Source: Mycobacteriales bacterium | GTDB lineage: Bacteria; Actinomycetota; Actinomycetes; BP-191 | Assembly: GCA_035714365.1 (NCBI GenBank) | Contig: DASTMB010000037.1 | Location: forward strand, 159,647-223,646 | DNA length: 64,000 bases | Direction: 5' to 3' | Part shown: piece by piece, positions 1 through 10,800 of the stretch | Layout of the letters: each line of letters opens with the position of its first letter | Numbering within the stretch: the stretch's first letter is position 1 | Made by a program: the position numbers and the translations under genes | The notes under the pieces: generated by a model | What the model saw: the letters and a program-made list of their open reading frames with translations, nothing else | What the model was told of the DNA's origin: nothing | Database searches by the model: none

Positions 1-26
1 TCGCCGATACCGGCTGGGAGCCGCGG

Positions 27-821
27 GTGGTCTACGACCACCTTGCGCGGCTCACCGCTGTCGCCGCCGAGGCCGGTATCCCAGTGGAACGGGTGAGCAG
101 CGGAAACCTCCGCGACGACCTGCTGCACGCTGAGCGGAGATTCGCGTCGATCCCGTACTACGTGCGCAACCCGGACGGGTCGCAGGGGATGGCCCGGCGT
201 CAGTGCACGTCGGAGTACAAGGTGAAGCCGATCAAGGCGCGGGTCCGCGAGCTACTGGGGTACCCGCATCCCCAGCCGGTACCGCGCTGGGTGTTCGCCG
301 AGCAGTGGGTGGGGTTCTCGACCGACGAGGTGCACCGGGTCGACGGCGGTAAGCACACGCCGCGGTACCTCCGGTCCCGGTATCCGCTGCTGGAGCTTGG
401 CATGTCACGCCGCGACTGTGAGCGTTGGCTGCGCGCTCGCGGCTGGGCCGCGACCAAGAGCGCGTGCATCGGGTGCCCATATCACGGCAATGCGGTGTGG
501 CGCCGGCTGCGTGACAACAGCCCCGCGGAGTGGGCCGAAGCGGTCGCGTTCGATGAGGCGATCCGCGCGGGCGGCGCGCGCGCTCACCCCCTCAAAGGGG
601 AAGCGTTCCTGCACCGCTCCTGCGTGCCGCTTGGCATCGCCCCGATCGACCATGTGACAAGTAATGAATGGCGGGAGCGGCAGGTCGACCTTCGTGACCT
701 GCTGGCGGAGGACGGCGACCCGGACGGCTGTTCACCATTCGGGTGCCGCAGCGGATCTCCCGTCAACGGCTCCCGGCCGGCACTCGAAAGCAGCGGCGAG
801 CGTCCGGGGGGAACGTCGTGA
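27..821 (+). CDS. Phosphoadenosine-phosphosulfate (PAPS) reductase-family protein. The frame stays open to position 1, so the gene probably starts upstream of the window.
   Basis: YKVKPI and C-terminal CIGCPYH resemble the KVxPI and Cys-His motifs of CysH/DndC-like PAPS reductase family. No stop between nt 1 and the first GTG at 27. Stop overlaps the next gene's start (GTGA at 818-821). Confidence 0.45.
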   Translation: MVYDHLARLTAVAAEAGIPVERVSSGNLRDDLLHAERRFASIPYYVRNPDGSQGMARRQCTSEYKVKPIKARVRELLGYPHPQPVPRWVFAEQWVGFSTDEVHRVDGGKHTPRYLRSRYPLLELGMSRRDCERWLRARGWAATKSACIGCPYHGNAVWRRLRDNSPAEWAEAVAFDEAIRAGGARAHPLKGEAFLHRSCVPLGIAPIDHVTSNEWRERQVDLRDLLAEDGDPDGCSPFGCRSGSPVNGSRPALESSGERPGGTS

Positions 822-2227
822 CCGAGAACCTGGCGAAGGTGCTGTTCGGGCCGCGGCCGCGGCGCGGCGTGGTGCTGGGGCTGCGGGTGCCGCAGCTCGC
901 TGTCCTCGTCGCCGGCGGCGCGGTGGCGACGGCGCTGCTCGGCCGGGGCCCGGCTGGGTCCCTCGCCGCACTCGTGGTCGCGGTCACGGCGGCCGGGGTG
1001 GCGCTGCTGCCGATCGGTGGGCGGCACGGTGACGAGTGGCTGCCGGTGTTGGCCCGCTACGCGACCCGGCCCCGCACGGCGCGGCGGCGCGTCGGCGCGC
1101 CGCCGGGCGGCGCGGCTGTTCTGGAGGTGCCGGGGGCGCGGCTGGAGCTGACGGCCGTCGAGGTGGCGGGTGGGCGGCGGGTCGGGGTGGTCGTCGACTC
1201 GCGGCGGCGGACGGTGACGGCGGTGGCGGCGCTGCGCGGCGCCGGGTCGCTGGCGCTGCTCGAACCCGGCGAGCAGTGGCGGCGCGGGCAGGGGTTCGCG
1301 GCGCTGCTCGCCGCACTCGGTCGGGACGGCGCGGCGGTCTTGCAGGTGCAGTGGGTGCACCGGACCCGCCCGATGCCCACCGTGGAACTGGACCGGGTCG
1401 CCGCGCCAGTGGCGCCGTCGCGGTGGGCGGCGGCCGACGCCTCCTACCGGGGACTGCTGGACACCGTCGGCGGGGAGCTGGTGCGCCACGACATGTTCCT
1501 CACGGTCACCGTCCGCGGCCGCGCCGGGGATCTCGACCCGCTGCTGCGCGAGTTGGCGACGGTGCAGGACAGCGCCGACGCGGCGGGCATCACCGTGACG
1601 GGGTGGCTGCCGCCGCGGCTGCTCGGCGCGGCGGTGCGCACCGGGTACGACCCCGGCGCCGTGGCGGTCGTCGCGGCGCGCGACGACGACCCGGACACGG
1701 CCGGCGTGCACCCCGGGGTAGCCGGGCCGGCGGCGACCCAGGAGGGGTGGCGGTGGTTCGCGTGCGACGGGGCGGTGCACGCCACGTACTGGGTCGCGGA
1801 GTGGCCGCGGGTGCCGGTCGCGGTGGACTTCCTCGCGCCGCTGCTGGTCGAGCTGCGGTGCGCGCACACCGTCGCGGTGGTGGCGCAGCCGCTGTCGTCG
1901 CGGGCGGCGCAGCGCGCGACCCGCGCCGCCCGCGCGACTGACCTGGCGGACGCGGACCTGCGGGCGCGGCTGGGGCAGCTCGACGGCGCGCGGGACGACG
2001 CGCAGGCCGACGCCGCGGACCAGCTCGACGCGGACCTCGCCGCCGGGCACACCCTGTTCCGGTTCCACGGCCTGCTCACCGTCACCGCCCCGACCCCCGA
2101 CGCGTTAGCGGCGGGCTGCGCGGAGGTGGAGCAGGCGGCGGCGCGGGCGCACCTGGACCTGCGCCGCCTCTACGGGCAGCAAGCCGAGGCGTTCACCTGG
2201 ACCCTGCCGGTCGGGGTCGGGCCATGA
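818..2227 (+). CDS. Conjugal-transfer membrane protein, possibly the N-terminal part of a split VirB4/TrbE-like component
   Basis: GTG start overlaps the upstream stop. Two hydrophobic helices near the N-terminus (LGLRVPQLAVLVAGGAVATALLG; LAALVVAVTAAGVALLPIG). Stop overlaps the ATG of the downstream Walker-A ATPase (ATGA at 2224-2227). No Walker motif of its own. Confidence 0.5.
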   Translation: MTENLAKVLFGPRPRRGVVLGLRVPQLAVLVAGGAVATALLGRGPAGSLAALVVAVTAAGVALLPIGGRHGDEWLPVLARYATRPRTARRRVGAPPGGAAVLEVPGARLELTAVEVAGGRRVGVVVDSRRRTVTAVAALRGAGSLALLEPGEQWRRGQGFAALLAALGRDGAAVLQVQWVHRTRPMPTVELDRVAAPVAPSRWAAADASYRGLLDTVGGELVRHDMFLTVTVRGRAGDLDPLLRELATVQDSADAAGITVTGWLPPRLLGAAVRTGYDPGAVAVVAARDDDPDTAGVHPGVAGPAATQEGWRWFACDGAVHATYWVAEWPRVPVAVDFLAPLLVELRCAHTVAVVAQPLSSRAAQRATRAARATDLADADLRARLGQLDGARDDAQADAADQLDADLAAGHTLFRFHGLLTVTAPTPDALAAGCAEVEQAAARAHLDLRRLYGQQAEAFTWTLPVGVGP

Positions 2228-3459
2228 CCGGCCGGCTGCCGTGGCAACTCGCCAGCACCGCCCAGCTCGCCGCCGCCCACCCGTGCCCCAGCGGCGGCGG
2301 CCCCGACGTGCCGGGCGCGCTGATCGGCGTCGACCAGCACGGGGCGCCGTTCTGCTTCGACGCGTTCGCCCTCTACGCGGCGCGGCGGTTGACGAACCCG
2401 AACATGCTCGTCGTCGGGGAGATCGGCGCCGGGAAGTCGGCGCTGGTCAAGACGCTGCTGTGGCGGCAGCAGGCGTTCGGGCACGCCGCGTGGGTCGCCG
2501 ACCCGAAAGGCGAGTACGGGCCGCTCGCCGCCGCGTCCGGCGTCACCCCGATCCGCCTCGACCCCGCCGGCGGCGCGCGGCTCAACCCGTTCGACAACGA
2601 CGACCACACCACCCCGGCGCAGCACGGGCCGCTGCTCGCCGCGCTCGCCGCGACCGCGGCCGGGCGGCCGCTGCGCCCCACCGAACACGCCGCCGCCGAC
2701 GTGGCGCTGACCGCCGCCGCCCGCCGCGGCCCGCTCCTGCTCCCCGCCGTCGTCGACGCCCTCCTCGACCCGGCCGAACCCGACGCCGCCGGGCTGCACC
2801 TGAGCGTCGACCGGCTCGCCGACGAAGGCCGCGACGTCGCGCTGGCGCTGCGCCGGCTGTGCCGCGGTGACCTCGCCGGGCTGTTCGACGGACCGACGAC
2901 GGTGCGGCCCCGCCACGACGACCCGCTCGTCGTCCTCGACCTGTCCGCCATCTACCAGCGTGCCCGCGACGCGCTGCCGCTCGCCATGACCTGCGCCACC
3001 GCCTGGTTACAGCACGCCGTCACCGCCGCCACCGCCCCGCACCGCTACGTCGTCCTCGACGAGGCGTGGGCGCTGCTCGCGCATCTGGACACCGCCCGCT
3101 GGCTGCAACAGTCCACGAAACTCGCCCGCGCCCGCGGTGTTGCGCACCTCATCGTGCTGCATCGCCTCTCCGACCTCACCGCCGCCGGCGACGCGCACTC
3201 CGAAACCGTCGCGCTCGCCCGCGGGGTGCTCTCCGACACCGGCGTCCGCGCCCTCTACCACCAGCCGCACAGCGAACTCGCCGCCGCCGCGACGCTGCTC
3301 GGGCTCAGCGACGCCGAAGCGGCGATCCTGCCCCACCTCGACCCCACCATCGGACTCTGGCTCATCGGCGACGCCCACCAGCTCGTCGCGCACCGCCTCG
3401 CCCCCGCCGAGCGGCCCATCGTCGACACCGACGACCGGATGATCGGCGACACCGCGTGA
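2224..3459 (+). CDS. VirB4/TraE-like conjugation ATPase (P-loop NTPase domain)
   Basis: Walker A VVGEIGAGKSALVKT and Walker B YVVLDEAWALL. Start and stop are both translationally coupled to neighbours (2224-2227 and GTGA at 3456-3459). Confidence 0.7.
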   Translation: MTGRLPWQLASTAQLAAAHPCPSGGGPDVPGALIGVDQHGAPFCFDAFALYAARRLTNPNMLVVGEIGAGKSALVKTLLWRQQAFGHAAWVADPKGEYGPLAAASGVTPIRLDPAGGARLNPFDNDDHTTPAQHGPLLAALAATAAGRPLRPTEHAAADVALTAAARRGPLLLPAVVDALLDPAEPDAAGLHLSVDRLADEGRDVALALRRLCRGDLAGLFDGPTTVRPRHDDPLVVLDLSAIYQRARDALPLAMTCATAWLQHAVTAATAPHRYVVLDEAWALLAHLDTARWLQQSTKLARARGVAHLIVLHRLSDLTAAGDAHSETVALARGVLSDTGVRALYHQPHSELAAAATLLGLSDAEAAILPHLDPTIGLWLIGDAHQLVAHRLAPAERPIVDTDDRMIGDTA

Positions 3460-5120
3460 ACCCCCGATCCAACCTGAATCACAAGCCCGCCGGCGACGCG
3501 GACACCACCGCCGCGCTGGTCGTCCTCGCCGCCGCCGCAGTCCTCCTACTCGCCGCGGCGCTTACCTGGGCGGCCGGCACCGGGGCGGCGCTCGCCACCG
3601 GCCGCGGCTGGCCCGCCCTCCCGGCCGGGGACGCGCCCGGCGCACTGCTGCGCCTCCCCCACCACCTCACCGACCCGGCCGCGGCGTGGCCCGACCCCTA
3701 CCGGCGCCACCTGCCCGGCCCGGTGCCCTACTACGCCGCGGCGCTCACCCTGCTCACCGCCGCTGGACTGCCGGCCGCCGCCGCGGCGCGGCGCTACCGC
3801 AGCCGGACACCGCAACGCCGGGCGCAGCCGTGGGCGCGCCGCGCCGAGGTTCGGCCGCTGCGCGTCCACGGCACCGCGGAGCCGGGACGGCTGCTGCTCG
3901 GGCAGCTCGGCCGCACCCGCCTCGCCGCGGAACCGCACCGCTCACTGCTCGTCTGCGCGCCCACCCGCGCCGGCAAGACGACCCGCATCGTCATACCGAA
4001 CGTGCAGGCGTGGAACGGGCCGGTGCTAGTCACCAGCGTCAAACCGGACGTGCTACACGCCACCGCCGACGCCCGCGCCGCCCGCGGCCCGGTGCTGCTG
4101 TTCGACCCCACCGGCTCCACCGGGATCGACAGCGTCAAATGGAGCCCGCTGCTCGGCTGCACCACCTACGCCGACGCCGAGCGGGTCGCGCGCTGGCTCA
4201 CCGACGCCGCCGCCGAGAACCGGTCCTCGGACAACGCCCGCTTCTGGGAACAGCTCGGCGCGAAACTCCTCGCGCCGCTGCTCTACGCCGCCGCCGGCAC
4301 CGGCCGCCACATGATCGACGTCGCCCGCTGGGTCGACCGCCGCGCCACCGCCGAACCCGAAGCCGCCCTACTCGGCCTCGGCGACCCCGACGCGCTCGAC
4401 GCGTGGGCCGCCAGCCGCGCCCGCGAAGAACGGCAACGGGAAAGCGTCTACGCCACCGCCGAAACGGTGCTCCGCGCCATCACCAGCCCCAGCGTCCGGG
4501 CCACCACCACCATCCGGCCCGAGGACCACGCCGACGAGCGCGTGTTCGACCCGGCGACGTTCCTCGACCGCGCCGCCACCCTGCACGTCGTCGCGCCGCC
4601 GCACGAACAAGACCGGCTCCGGCCCCTGTTCGAGGCGATCGTGCAGACCGTGCTCCGCGAGGCCGTCACCCGCCACCTCGCCACCGGGCAACCGCTCAAC
4701 CCGCCGCTGCTCGTCGTCCTCGACGAAGCCGCGAACATCGCCCCGCTGCGCGACCTCGCCCGCCACGTCAGCACCTGCGCCGCGCTCGGCGTCACGTTCC
4801 TCACCATCTGGCAAGACCTCGCGCAACTCCACCACCTCTACGGCGCCGAAGCCCGCACCATCGCGAACAACCACACCGGGCGGCTGTTCCTCGGCGGCAA
4901 CGCCGACCTCGACACCCTCACCACCCTGTCGCAGACCATCGGCGACACCACCCGAACCCGCGCCAGCACCACCATCGCCGCGCGGCACCGCTCCACCACC
5001 TACGCCGAACACACCGAACGCGCCGCCCCCGCCGACCAACTCCGCCAACTCCCCCTCGGCCAGGCGCTCCTCCTCTACGGAGGACTCCCACCCATCCGCG
5101 TCCGCCTGCCGCGGCCCTGA
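3456..5120 (+). CDS. Type IV coupling protein (VirD4/TraG/TcpA family)
   Basis: N-terminal TM helices; Walker A LLVCAPTRAGKTT; Walker B LLVVLDEAANIAPL. GTG start overlaps the upstream stop. Confidence 0.75.
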   Translation: MNPRSNLNHKPAGDADTTAALVVLAAAAVLLLAAALTWAAGTGAALATGRGWPALPAGDAPGALLRLPHHLTDPAAAWPDPYRRHLPGPVPYYAAALTLLTAAGLPAAAAARRYRSRTPQRRAQPWARRAEVRPLRVHGTAEPGRLLLGQLGRTRLAAEPHRSLLVCAPTRAGKTTRIVIPNVQAWNGPVLVTSVKPDVLHATADARAARGPVLLFDPTGSTGIDSVKWSPLLGCTTYADAERVARWLTDAAAENRSSDNARFWEQLGAKLLAPLLYAAAGTGRHMIDVARWVDRRATAEPEAALLGLGDPDALDAWAASRAREERQRESVYATAETVLRAITSPSVRATTTIRPEDHADERVFDPATFLDRAATLHVVAPPHEQDRLRPLFEAIVQTVLREAVTRHLATGQPLNPPLLVVLDEAANIAPLRDLARHVSTCAALGVTFLTIWQDLAQLHHLYGAEARTIANNHTGRLFLGGNADLDTLTTLSQTIGDTTRTRASTTIAARHRSTTYAEHTERAAPADQLRQLPLGQALLLYGGLPPIRVRLPRP

Positions 5121-5124
5121 CCCC

Positions 5125-5139
5125 GATTCAGCGCGAATC
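5125..5139. repeat. 15-bp dyad GATTCAGCGCGAATC (copy 1)
   Basis: Exact copy between convergent gene ends (5120 and 5163). Confidence 0.6.
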
Positions 5140-5162
5140 GGTGCGGCGCACTGACCTGGGGG

Positions 5163-5921
5163 TCACGGTGGGTCACGCCGTCGTCGGCCGACGGCGTTGA
5201 GGAACAGCCCGATCAGCACGACCCCGGTCACTGCCTCGCCGGCCACGAGGTAGCGGGCGTTGTCGCTGACCGGCACGATGTCGCCGTAGCCGACCGTCGT
5301 CACGGTCATGGCGCTGAAGTACAGCATCCGCCCGAACCGCTGCGTGGCGGCCGTCGGGTCACCGGCGTGCGCCTGGCGGAGCCGGCGGAACTCGTTCACC
5401 AACCCTGGACTCGCCGGAAGGTCCCAGTGCCGATAAACAATGGCGGCCTCCGACAGGTGGTGAATGTGCGGGGCCAAGCTGGCAAGACACGCTGAGCCGG
5501 CGGCGTCGGTGGGCTCGAATGCCAGCCACGCTATGCCAGGTTCGGCAGGGGGTGCCAGCGTCGGCCAGTCCTCGTATGAATGTAGGACCCCGTGACACTC
5601 AAGATCGGTGTGGGGGAAGAGTAGGCCGCCGCTTATCAGGGTGATGGTCAGCGATGGGTTGCTGCCGTCGGCCTGCCACATGACGTCGCCAACGAGCACG
5701 AAGTACCTCTCCTCATCACCCGTTCTCGTCGCGTTATATGCCACGTCCTGCAACTGCCAGTCGAAGTGCTGGTCGGCGGCGCGCAGGATGCCGGGTTCCC
5801 GGGCCAGGGTGGATTGGGTGAAGGCACCGTCCATGCGCGTGTAGCCCGCCGCGAACGCCGGGATGAGCGCCAGGTACGACAGGCCCCAGACGGCCGGTGA
5901 TCCGAGCAGCCGATGATGCAA
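5163..5921 (-). CDS. Potassium-channel-like protein (pore helix + TVGYGD selectivity filter + inner helix) with a very long loop between the outer TM helix and the pore
   Basis: C-terminal RMLYFSAMTVTTVGYGDIVPVSDNARYLVAGEAVTGVVLIGLFLNAVG matches KcsA-type pore/filter/TM2. The only candidate outer helix (SYLALIPAFAAGY) lies ~190 aa upstream. Start set at an in-frame TTG; the track ORF extends to 6191 through an Arg-rich, non-protein-like segment. Confidence 0.55.
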   Translation of the reverse strand: MHHRLLGSPAVWGLSYLALIPAFAAGYTRMDGAFTQSTLAREPGILRAADQHFDWQLQDVAYNATRTGDEERYFVLVGDVMWQADGSNPSLTITLISGGLLFPHTDLECHGVLHSYEDWPTLAPPAEPGIAWLAFEPTDAAGSACLASLAPHIHHLSEAAIVYRHWDLPASPGLVNEFRRLRQAHAGDPTAATQRFGRMLYFSAMTVTTVGYGDIVPVSDNARYLVAGEAVTGVVLIGLFLNAVGRRRRDPP

Positions 5922-6199
5922 CTTGTGGCGCGGCGCGTGCCGCCGGCGACGGAAGATCCACCGCGTCCGCGACGTACGGCCCTCGGCAACCGGCGACCGG
6001 CGCCGCCACCGCAGTCGCCGGTCAGTCCGCTCACGCTGACGCACACGGCAGACTTCGCCAATGTCTTGGGGCGCTCCTTGCGGATCGCGCTGAGTCCCGG
6101 CGGGAGCCGCATTTCCCTTGAATCGCGGTACAGCTCGTCGGCGGTGGCTCCTGCTGCGATCTCGATCTTGTTGTCGTGACCGGGCTCCCACAAAGGGCG

Positions 6200-6214
6200 G
6201 ATTCAGCGCGAATC
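6200..6214. repeat. 15-bp dyad GATTCAGCGCGAATC (copy 2)
   Basis: Exact copy in the 5921-6294 intergenic gap. Confidence 0.6.
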
Positions 6215-6293
6215 ACCCTGTCCGGCGCTGGCGCGGGGACGCGCCCGGGGCCGGTAGGCTCGCCCGGATGTGACGCCGCCGGTTGGAGTCGCG

Positions 6294-7772
6294 TTAGGCG
6301 GCGCGGTGCCAGGCGAAGGTGTCGGGGATTCCGTTGGTGTCGTCGGGGACGAGGTTGGGCGCGGCGCTGCTGAACGCGACGACGGACCCGTCGTCGCTGA
6401 CGGTGGGTTCGATGGCGTTGAGGGTGGCTTGGACGCCGTCGTTGGAGAGGGAGAGGAGTTGGTGCGCGCCGGTGGTCCGGTCGGTGAGGTACACGTCGCG
6501 GCCGCTGTCGTTCGTCACGGCTGGGGTGAGGTCGATGGGGCCGAGGTTGGTGGCAGCGCTTTCGTACGTGATCCAGCGGCCGTTGGCGCTGATCGCGGGG
6601 TTCGCGGAGAACTGGTCGGCGGGCAGCCCGCCGAGGCCGGTGGTGACGCGGCGCAGGGTGCCGGCGATCCGGTCGTAGAGGTAGATGTCGGGGGTGAGGT
6701 CGGGCTGGAGTTCCCGCCCGGCGGCGGTGGGGTCGCCGGGGACGAGGTTGTTGGCTTTGGACTGGAACACGATGTAGCGGCCGTCGCCGCTGAGGGTACG
6801 GTTCCCGCCACGATCAAAGTCGCTGAACGTCGTTTCGTTGTCCGCAGCCCAGCCCTCGGCGGAGCGGGAGATCATCCGGGTGCGCTTGGTGATCCGGTCG
6901 TAGAGAAAGACCTGGGTGAACCCTTCGCCGTTGAGGAACTGTCGGTGGAACGCCCATTCGGGTCCGTAGTCGGTGGTGTCGAAGATCGCCGCGTCGGCGG
7001 TCTGGAAGGTGATCCAGCGGCCGTCATCGGAGATCGACGCGTTGACCTTCTCGAAGCGGTGCGCGCGTGGGTGCGCGGAGCCGACCCGTTCGGTGCGGCC
7101 GGTGGTGAGGTCGCGGACGTAGACGTCCTGGACGAGGTTGTCGCCGTGACCGAGGGGGTCGTGCGGGACGAGGTTCGAGGCGCCGGATTGGAACACGACG
7201 TAGCGGCCGTTGCCGCTGATCGCGGGGTACTGCGCGTACGCGTTGTTCGGTTTGCCGTTGTAGCCGACCGAGACGGGGATGGTGCGGTGGCGCAGCCGGT
7301 CGCGCACGTACACGGCGAGCGTGTTCCCTGCTGGCTTGAAGCCGGGTACGAGCTGCCCGCAGCTGGTGAACGCGACGAACCGGCCGTCGCGGCTGACGGA
7401 GCTGGTTACCGGCGCGTCGGAGCCCTCCAATGTGGGGCAGCCGTGGGTGTCGGCGCTGACGAGTTCGGTGCGCCCGGTAGCGAGGTCCCGGGCGTAGACG
7501 TTGTAGCCGAGGCCGCCGTACCGGGCGGTGAGGCCGCAGTCCGCGGTGAGGCCACTGTCGTTGGAGGTAAAAGTGAGCAGGCGGCCGTTGCCGGACAGCG
7601 CAGGGTGGTCGGCGTAGCCGTACTGGGCGGTGCCTTGGCCGCCGCTGCTGCTCACTGATGCCCGCTCCAGTCGCCCGCTGGTCAGCGGCGGCGCGGCGCG
7701 GGTCGCGGGCGCGGCGGCGGCCACGGCGGCGAGGGCCGCTGCCGTGGCGAGGTGCGCTACCGCGCGCCGCAT
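6294..7772 (-). CDS. Secreted PD40/TolB-like beta-propeller repeat protein
   Basis: N-terminal signal peptide (MRRAVAHLATAAALAAVAAAAPATRA). Repeated ISxDGRxVxFxS ... D[VI]Y[VL]xD blades (DVYVRD, DIYLYD, DVYLTD). Confidence 0.7.
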   Translation of the reverse strand: MRRAVAHLATAAALAAVAAAAPATRAAPPLTSGRLERASVSSSGGQGTAQYGYADHPALSGNGRLLTFTSNDSGLTADCGLTARYGGLGYNVYARDLATGRTELVSADTHGCPTLEGSDAPVTSSVSRDGRFVAFTSCGQLVPGFKPAGNTLAVYVRDRLRHRTIPVSVGYNGKPNNAYAQYPAISGNGRYVVFQSGASNLVPHDPLGHGDNLVQDVYVRDLTTGRTERVGSAHPRAHRFEKVNASISDDGRWITFQTADAAIFDTTDYGPEWAFHRQFLNGEGFTQVFLYDRITKRTRMISRSAEGWAADNETTFSDFDRGGNRTLSGDGRYIVFQSKANNLVPGDPTAAGRELQPDLTPDIYLYDRIAGTLRRVTTGLGGLPADQFSANPAISANGRWITYESAATNLGPIDLTPAVTNDSGRDVYLTDRTTGAHQLLSLSNDGVQATLNAIEPTVSDDGSVVAFSSAAPNLVPDDTNGIPDTFAWHRAA

Positions 7773-7849
7773 GGTTGATCGTCCTCCGTGGCGGAGCCGG
7801 GCCGGCCCCTGGCATGTGCTTTCGACGGCGCCGGCCCGGCTCCCTGCCG

Positions 7850-10800
7850 TCAGGCTCCGGTGTCGGTGCTGCTCGTTGTCGTTGTGGTTCCGGTGACGGT
7901 GCAGCCGCTGGTCGCGCGGGTCTGCCCGTCGAGGTAGCTGGCGTTCGCCGTCCAGCAGACCTCGGCGGTCTCCCCGGCCGCGGGGTCGAACGAGGCGGAC
8001 GCCGGGTCGGTGACGGCCGCCTGGGCGGTGGCCGCGTCACCGGGCGCCGCGGTGTAGCTGCGGACGGGGTTGCCGGCGGCGTCGTGGACGGTGAGGGTGC
8101 AGCCGCTGATCGTCGTGGCGGTGGCGTCGGGTGACGCGGCGGCGGCGCAGCGGAACCCGTAGCCGGTGCTCGCCGGGTTCGTCGCGTCGCTGTCGTTGAC
8201 GCCTTCGTGCGGCGCCGCGCTCACGGCGGCGTCCCCGACGACCGTGTGGTCGGCGAGCGGGTTCGGCAGCACGAGCACCGTGACGGTCACCGGGTCGCCG
8301 AAGTAGGCGCTGTAGAGGCCGCCGGCGTTGCGGCGGATGTCGACGACGGGGCGGAACTGCTCGGTGATGAGCGCGCCCCACCACTTCGAGCCGGTGGGGG
8401 CGCGCAGCACCACGTCGAACACGACCTGCTGCCCGGGCCGGGCGGTGTCGGTGTTCACCGTGGCGCGGCACCGGGAGCAGGCGGTGCTCTTGGGCCAGGT
8501 AGCGGAGTCGTACAAGTCGCTGCTGTGCCCGTCCCGTCCGGCGGTGCCCAGGTAGACGACCTCGTTCGGGTACCAGGGGGCGGTGCGGGCGACGGTGTAG
8601 GCGAAGTGGACGGTCTGGGCGCCGCCGGCCGGGATGAGCAGCGGCGTGCCGACGCTGCCGGTGGCGGCGGCGACGGCGGTGGCGCCGAAGTTGCTGGTGG
8701 AGCGGGTGAGGGTGATCGCGGACCCGGACATCCACGGGCCGCCGTCGGCGACGAGGCGGAACGCGTCGGTGCCGCGGCTGCCGCCGGGGATCGACCCGTC
8801 GGGCTTGTACCGCAACCCGAAGGTGCCGGTGGAGCTGGACGGCGCGAAACCGGCGGGTTCGACGACCCCGAGACGGCCGGCGGAGAGCATCGTGGCGCGG
8901 CGGCAACTCAGCCACGGGTTACTCGCGTCGCGGGACGGGTCGGCGCTGCCGCCGACCGGCGGGTCGGCGACCGGACTGCACTGGTCGACGGCGCCGCTGC
9001 TCTGGTCGACGACACCGAGGCGGGTGGCGTGCGCGCCGCTGGCGAACCACGGCATGTTGCCGGTGTTCGTCACGGCGACGGCGCCGCTGGTGTAGCGGTG
9101 CCCGCGGGTGTACGTGCCGTCCGGCTCGGTGTGCGGGCGCGTCTTGGTGACGACGCGGTAGCTGTACCGGGGAGTGAACCCGCCGTAGGTGCAGCCGCCG
9201 GTCGCTCCGTCGTTGGACCACAGGTAGGTGACGCCGTTGGGGCCGACGGGCAGGTTCGCGCACAGGTCGGCGTTCTCCTGGCCGCGGCCGTCGAGCCACG
9301 CGTCGAGGTGCGGGTCGGTGACGGTCTCGGCGTACTCGTGGGACGCGACCTGCCGGAGCCCGTTCGAGGTGCCGCCGACGACGGTGCCGCATCCGTAGGT
9401 CCAGTCGTAGACCGGGGTGCGGCCGGGGAAGTTGATGCCGCTGTAGGCCATGTACTTCGTGCCGCCGCTGGTGCCGCCGCCGACCGTGGCGTAGGTGTGG
9501 AAACCGCACGGGAACCGCTGCTCGCCGCTGCTGACGAGCGGCGAGCCGGGCTGGAGAAACACCATGAACTGCGCGTCGGTGCTGATCGGCCAGCGATTCG
9601 CCTTCGCCGCCCGCAGCGCCTCCGCGGCGAGGTCACCGGACTGCGTGACCGCCGGCGGGCTGCTGGTGTCGACCCACGTGCCGCCGACGCGCATCGTGGC
9701 GGACACCGCGCCGGTGCTGTCGTAGTGCTGGCTCAACACGGCCTGGAAACCGCTGCTGTTCATGCTGGCGAACATCGCCGCGATGTCGCCGCGGTAGCCG
9801 GTCAGCGCCGGCCACTTCGGCCCCCAGAAGATCGGGTACACCACGGGGTGGTGCTGCACGGCGCCACCGTTCCAGCGCAGCGGCGGCGCGCAGGGTTCAG
9901 CGTTGCGGGTGTAGCAGCGGCCCTTCACGACACCGGTCGCGTCGAGGTCGCCGACCGCCGTGAGCGCCCCGGCCGTCGCCGTGGCGCTGGCGCCGGGGGC
10001 CGCGGCGGGGGGCTCGTCGTGGGTGACCGGCGCGGGCGCGGCGGTGACGTCCTCGGCGCTGATCTCCCACTCGGGCGCGCCCACGTGGACGCCGCCGCCG
10101 GCGTCGGCGGCGAGCAGGGCGTCGAGCGTGTCGTGCAGCTCGGTGGCGGCGTCCCCGGTCGCCGCCAACGCTGCCCCGGCGTCAGCCACGCCCGCGACCT
10201 GTCCGCCCAGCGCGATGAGGAGCTGGTCGCCGTCGGCGAGCGCGGCGTGGATACGCGCGGTCGGCAGGATCGGCAGGGGGCGGGAGAGGACGACCTGGGC
10301 GGCGCCCACGGTGTCGAGCAGGTCGGCGGGCGTCGGTAGGCCGGTGACGACCTCGTCGGCGACGGCGCCGGCCTGAGCCGCGACCGCGGTCGCGACGGCG
10401 CTCAGCCCATCGACGACCGCGGCCGGGTCCGTCGGTTGGACGGTGCCGATCGCGTCGGTGCGCACCCACGTCGTCGCCTGCACGGCGCTGACGCGCAGCG
10501 CGTCGAGGGCGACCGCGGCGCCGCCCGCCCAGGCGGTGAGCGTGGCGAGGGCCTGGTCGAGGTCGACCTGCGGCAACGCGGCGCGCAGCGCGGTGCTCCG
10601 CTGGGCGGACAGGGACGTGCGGTAGTCGTTGAGGGTCGCGACGTCGCGCTGCGCGCTGTTCGGTGTCGCGGCGTCGATGAGGTGGGTGAGGTCGGCGACC
10701 GCGGTGAGGGCAGGCAGCCAGGCGGTGACGTCGGTGCTGGCGGCCAGCGGTGTCGCCTCGGCGGCCAGGGCCGGCGGCGGCAACACGGCGGTGACGCACG

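Noticed and set aside
584-2068. 494-aa minus-strand ORF antisense to the first two conjugation genes
   Set aside because: Arg/Pro/His-rich, low-complexity translation typical of an alternative frame in high-GC DNA. Overlaps a motif-supported plus-strand gene.
8207-10339. 710-aa plus-strand ORF, plus several 190-290-aa minus ORFs, inside the large secreted-protein gene
   Set aside because: Gly/Arg/Ala-rich nonsense frames. The minus frame starting at 10873 has a signal peptide and protein-like composition.
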